Of a stretch of DNA of 10,663 nt, positions 7,612-10,663 are shown in pieces. The notes beneath the pieces are model-generated. The model saw nothing but the letters and a program-made list of their open reading frames with translations, was not told the DNA's origin and ran no database searches. The position numbers were made by a program, and so were the translations under genes. Each line of letters opens with the position of its first letter. Position 1 is the stretch's first letter. Source of the stretch: Cyanobacteria bacterium P01_D01_bin.156 (GTDB lineage: Bacteria; Cyanobacteriota; Cyanobacteriia; Phormidesmidales; Phormidesmidaceae); the NCBI GenBank assembly GCA_039024555.1, contig JBCCQQ010000108.1, positions 1-10,663 of the forward strand, read 5' to 3'.

Positions 7612-8142
7612 GTTAAAATTGTGCTTCAGTTAGATGCAAATGCCGGTGTTAGCCACTCTCAGTGGTACCGATCAAGTCACAGGTTGGATCGATCAGTCTG
7701 GCTCAAATAATAGTCTCAGTAGTACAGGAAATCCCATACTCGTCAACAATGCAATTAGTTTTGATAAGGATGGCAATAAGCTAGAGCGTTTAGCAGACAT
7801 TAGCTTACACAGTGGGAATGCCGACCGTACTATGTTTTTAGTGGCTAACTATAACAGTGTTGGTGAGGGAGGATTTACCTACGGTGCACCATCCGAAGAC
7901 AAGACTTTTGGGTTACCGGGCAGTCAAGACGGTGATTTGAAGTTTAAGGCTTGGGGAAGGTCTGGAGATTCTGAAAGCGATTTTGCTGGAACTGGTCAGG
8001 GATGGTTATCTCAGTCTGTAATACTCTCAGACGGAGTGATCAACCTCTATAAAGATGGTGTGCTGCTCGATAAATGGCACGGTTGTACTTTTAGAACAAC
8101 AGATTACACATACACCAAAACCCAGAATTTGTTGGCAACAAT
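7612..8142 (+). pseudogene. Disrupted 5' portion (LamG/ConA-like domain plus partial Ig-like Big_9/cadherin-like repeat) of the gene that continues as 8143..10209
   Basis: Frame 1 VKIVLQLDANAGVS (7612-7653) shifts to frame 2 TLSGTDQVTGWIDQSGSNNSL...DRTMFLVANY...LYKDGVLLD (to 8071). It then shifts to frame 3 NGTVVLLEQQITHTP (8073-8117) and back to frame 1 NPEFVGNNMFSYVIEDIQGNTTQAEVQVVV, continuous with the 8143 ORF. In-frame TAG stops at 7600 and 7606 separate it from ATG 7546/7573. Confidence 0.72.
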
Positions 8143-10209
8143 ATGTTCAGTTACGTTATCGAAGATATTCAAGGAAATACGACTCAAGCAGAGGTACAGG
8201 TGGTTGTCAATAAGCAACAATCAGTAGTTAGTCTGGATGCGCGTAATATTTACGGTAAGCACCCTGCTGAATTTGGAGATGCTGTTGAAATCATTTTTCC
8301 AGATGACCCGGCTATTGTAATCAACGTTCAAGATTTCGGGGCAATAGGAGATGGTGTTGCCGATGACACTCAGGCCATCCAAAATGCAATCTATGCCGCA
8401 GATGAGTCAAATCGGGCTCTTTATTTTTCCAACGGGATCTATCGAGTTACCAAGGAAATTCGTTTTGAAACATCGGATGGTGGTCCTCTGTTTACAGGTC
8501 CCCACCTGTATGGTCAAAGTCGAGACGGAGTGATTCTTAAACTGGATGATTACGCAGCAGGATTTAACAATCCCAAAAATCCATACCAGGCGGTTATCCG
8601 CGCCATCAATGCCCCTGATGGGACAACTTTTGAAAATGTCAGTGCCGACTTTTTCAATCGCTACATGGTGAATTTCACCATTGATACTGGCAACAACCCC
8701 GGCGCTGTGGGCATAAAATTCCATAGTAACAATACAGGTACCTTGAGAAATGTACGCATTGTAGGTGATGGTGCCATTGGCCTTGATCTTAATGCGGTTG
8801 ACCTAAACGGTCCTCATCTAGTTCAAAATCTAGAGGTCGAAGGGTTTGATGTGGGCGTTCGAGCTGCCGGGGCCAATAGCAGTACTTTATCCAATATCAC
8901 TATTAAGGATGCTGGTTCCTACGGTCTTTACCATACATCTAAAGACTTACAGGTTGAGGGACTGACTGTTGAGAATGCTCCTGTTGCTGTATTTACATCT
9001 CCAGGAACAGCAACTTTAAGAACAACCTTAACTCTTGTTAATGGAAACTTTACAGGAAGTGATTCTACAAAGTCTGCTGTTGTTAGTGGAGACGTCTTAT
9101 TTGCCCGTAACATTACTACCGATGGCTATGCCCAAGCGATTCAAGCTAATGCGGGCAGTACCGGAGATGTAGTTGGCAAAACTGTCGATGAGTACAGCTC
9201 TCATGGTGTTTCAAAAACATTTGATAGTAATGTTTCGCGTTCTCTAAATCTACCTATTCAATATCAGCCTTTAACATACGATCCTGATCTAGCTAACTGG
9301 ATTAGCGTTGCTGATTATGGTGCTCTCCCCGGTGACAATATCGATGACACTAATGCTATTCAAGCGGCCATCGATGCTGCTGCTGCTAACGGCCAAACAA
9401 CACTTTATTTTCCAGGGAATAGCTCTATTGAGCCTAACTGGTACACACTTGATGGTACTGTCTCAGTCCATGGTAGTATTAACCACTTTCTAGGGTTTGC
9501 TCCAGCTCGAATTTTAGGGGAAGGAAAATTTAGTCTTGTTGAAGACGCCGATGCAGCTAAAGTTGTTCAATTTCAGGGATTTAACTTTACGCGTATTGGC
9601 TATGAAAACGCATCAAGCCGAACCATGATGCTTGATACGCTTACAGGAGATGTATTTGCCACAGGACCTGGTGATGTTTTTATAAACAGCTTTGCCGGTC
9701 GCTTACAAATGAATCATCCAGATGCTAATGTCTGGGCACGTCAATTAAACACCGAAAAAGCAGATGGTCTCAACATCATCAACGACGGTGGGACACTTTT
9801 GTTGCTAGGCCATAAAACTGAAAAAGGTAGCGTCAAGGCGCAAACTATTAATGGAGGATATACCGAAATTATAGGAGCCTACATTTTCTCCTTGGGTGAG
9901 GGAGATTTTGATACAGTCTATGAGGTCATTGACTCGAATGCGAGTTTTGCAGGGGTTAGAGAACGCACTAATACTGCCAAATATGCTAATTTCTTCCGTG
10001 AGATTCGCACTGGAGATAGTCGCATTTTTACAGAAGCTGATATGCCTGTAGATAATGCATTCAATCGTGCTGCATCTCTGTACTCGGCTTCAACATTAAG
10101 TTTTCCAGATACAGCCCTGGGGATAAGTCAGACAACCGAACCAAAAGCCCCATTCGCCTCTCCCAAAAATGTCTTAGCTGATAGACTGAGCAGTGGCCTC
10201 GATTGGTAG
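8143..10209 (+). CDS. Beta-helix glycan-active protein with two Pectate_lyase_3-type N-terminal motifs (GH55-like architecture)
   Basis: Two copies of the beta-helix cap motif: INVQDFGAIGDGVADDTQAIQNAI...LYFSNGIYRV (~8320-8450) and WISVADYGALPGDNIDDTNAIQAAIDAA...LYFPG (~9298-9417), with an Asn/Gly/Thr-rich beta-helix-like body. The true start is uncertain because the first ~24 aa are the tail of an Ig-like repeat. No signal peptide. Confidence 0.8.
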   Translation: MFSYVIEDIQGNTTQAEVQVVVNKQQSVVSLDARNIYGKHPAEFGDAVEIIFPDDPAIVINVQDFGAIGDGVADDTQAIQNAIYAADESNRALYFSNGIYRVTKEIRFETSDGGPLFTGPHLYGQSRDGVILKLDDYAAGFNNPKNPYQAVIRAINAPDGTTFENVSADFFNRYMVNFTIDTGNNPGAVGIKFHSNNTGTLRNVRIVGDGAIGLDLNAVDLNGPHLVQNLEVEGFDVGVRAAGANSSTLSNITIKDAGSYGLYHTSKDLQVEGLTVENAPVAVFTSPGTATLRTTLTLVNGNFTGSDSTKSAVVSGDVLFARNITTDGYAQAIQANAGSTGDVVGKTVDEYSSHGVSKTFDSNVSRSLNLPIQYQPLTYDPDLANWISVADYGALPGDNIDDTNAIQAAIDAAAANGQTTLYFPGNSSIEPNWYTLDGTVSVHGSINHFLGFAPARILGEGKFSLVEDADAAKVVQFQGFNFTRIGYENASSRTMMLDTLTGDVFATGPGDVFINSFAGRLQMNHPDANVWARQLNTEKADGLNIINDGGTLLLLGHKTEKGSVKAQTINGGYTEIIGAYIFSLGEGDFDTVYEVIDSNASFAGVRERTNTAKYANFFREIRTGDSRIFTEADMPVDNAFNRAASLYSASTLSFPDTALGISQTTEPKAPFASPKNVLADRLSSGLDW

Positions 10210-10324
10210 CCTTGTTCCAATCACTCAGCCCTAGAACTTACGCAGCAGCGATCTGAATAGAACGGTTTCTAAATTGTTGAATAAGATAGTTGTCAAATAG
10301 TCTACGCTTAGATCAAGAAAGGAT

Positions 10325-10484
10325 CTTAAAGGGTGACAAAGAAACTCAAGCCTATAGTTGGCAATAACTTGAGAAAATAAGATAGCAAAAAACAGGGGAC
10401 TATGCATCCCCCACAGAAAACAAAATGTTACCTCAAGAATACCGAACGATTTGCCGTAAGCATCTGAACGAAACTATCCACTAA
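10325..10484 (+). mobile_element. Truncated left end of a cyanobacterial IS4-family element
   Basis: CTTAAAGGGTGACAAAG (10325-10341) resembles the GGGTGACAA terminal inverted repeat of cyanobacterial IS4-family elements. ATG 10425 reads MLPQEYRTICRKHLNE, like their transposase N-terminus, then hits TAA at 10482-10484 after 19 aa. Recognised from recall, not from a search. Confidence 0.6.
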
Positions 10485-10526
10485 AGTGATTTTCTCTCAT
10501 CTTTCTCACAAGGCTAGTTTACTTAG

Positions 10527-10663
10527 GGTTTGCTGTTAAAGTCAGGCACCCAGATTTTGCAAGGGTTTCAATCTATTGCGACGTGCTTAAGTGCACGGGA
10601 AACTAGCTAAAATGCTCACAACCCTTGCACCTACTTCGGGAAATGTACCGACAACCTTCTCCC
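10527..10663 (+). mobile_element. Left end of an IS5-family insertion sequence (continues beyond window)
   Basis: TTAG (10523-10526, a YTAR-type IS5 target) is followed by GGTTTGCTGTTAAAGTC, resembling cyanobacterial IS5 terminal repeats. An internal 10-bp inverted repeat TGCAAGGGTT (10558-10567) / AACCCTTGCA (10620-10629) precedes a transposase-like start at 10643. Confidence 0.72.
10643..10663 (+). CDS. First 7 codons of a putative IS5-family transposase (partial)
   Basis: ATG TAC CGA CAA CCT TCT CCC = MYRQPSP, matching the MYR- N-terminus typical of cyanobacterial IS5-family transposases and lying ~115 nt inside the putative IS end. Only 7 codons are visible. Confidence 0.6.

Noticed and set aside
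7650..8120. Programmed ribosomal frameshifting to produce a full-length fusion
   Set aside because: It would need three shifts plus read-through of upstream stops. I saw no canonical slippery heptamers at the junctions, and one junction looks like a deletion.
7634..8227. 197-aa ORF as a standalone intact gene
   Set aside because: Its first ~7 and last ~50 residues are out-of-frame read-through. Domain-like sequence enters from and leaves to other frames.
2070..9493. Short track ORFs overlapping the main genes (2070-2270, 4075-4266, 4565-4780, 4765-4947, 5546-5734, 6537-6746, 6915-7112, 7116-7316, 8351-8533, 8407-8724, 8928-9113, 9308-9493)
   Set aside because: They are antisense or out-of-frame overlaps of well-supported CDSs and show no recognisable motifs.

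Overview
This window is probably cyanobacterial, an inference from protein style, one HIP1 octamer and cyanobacterial-type IS ends. It holds a divergently transcribed, carbohydrate- or surface-related locus. On the minus strand, a gene of at least 430 codons that is absent from the ORF track starts at 1292 and runs off the left edge. It encodes an acidic N-terminus, then two copies of an uncharacterised, probably beta-rich domain joined by a Pro/Glu/Thr (EPTPI) repeat linker. After an ~890-bp intergenic region rich in short repeats and palindromes, the plus strand carries an operon-like run: two GT4 glycosyltransferases, an aldo/keto reductase and a GMC-family FAD oxidoreductase. Next is a former multidomain gene whose 5' part (LamG/ConA-like plus Ig-like Big_9/cadherin-like) is broken by three frame changes, while its 3' part is an intact 688-aa ORF with two Pectate_lyase_3-type beta-helix starts (GH55-like). 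The right edge has a truncated IS4-family left end, then the left end and first 7 codons of an IS5-family element. The most interesting hypotheses are (i) a GMC plus AKR oxidise/reduce sugar-tailoring or epimerase pair coupled to GTs, (ii) a glycanase shedding its N-terminal anchoring domains, and (iii) the repeated unknown domain in the divergent protein. All family calls come from motif recognition; no database searches were run.
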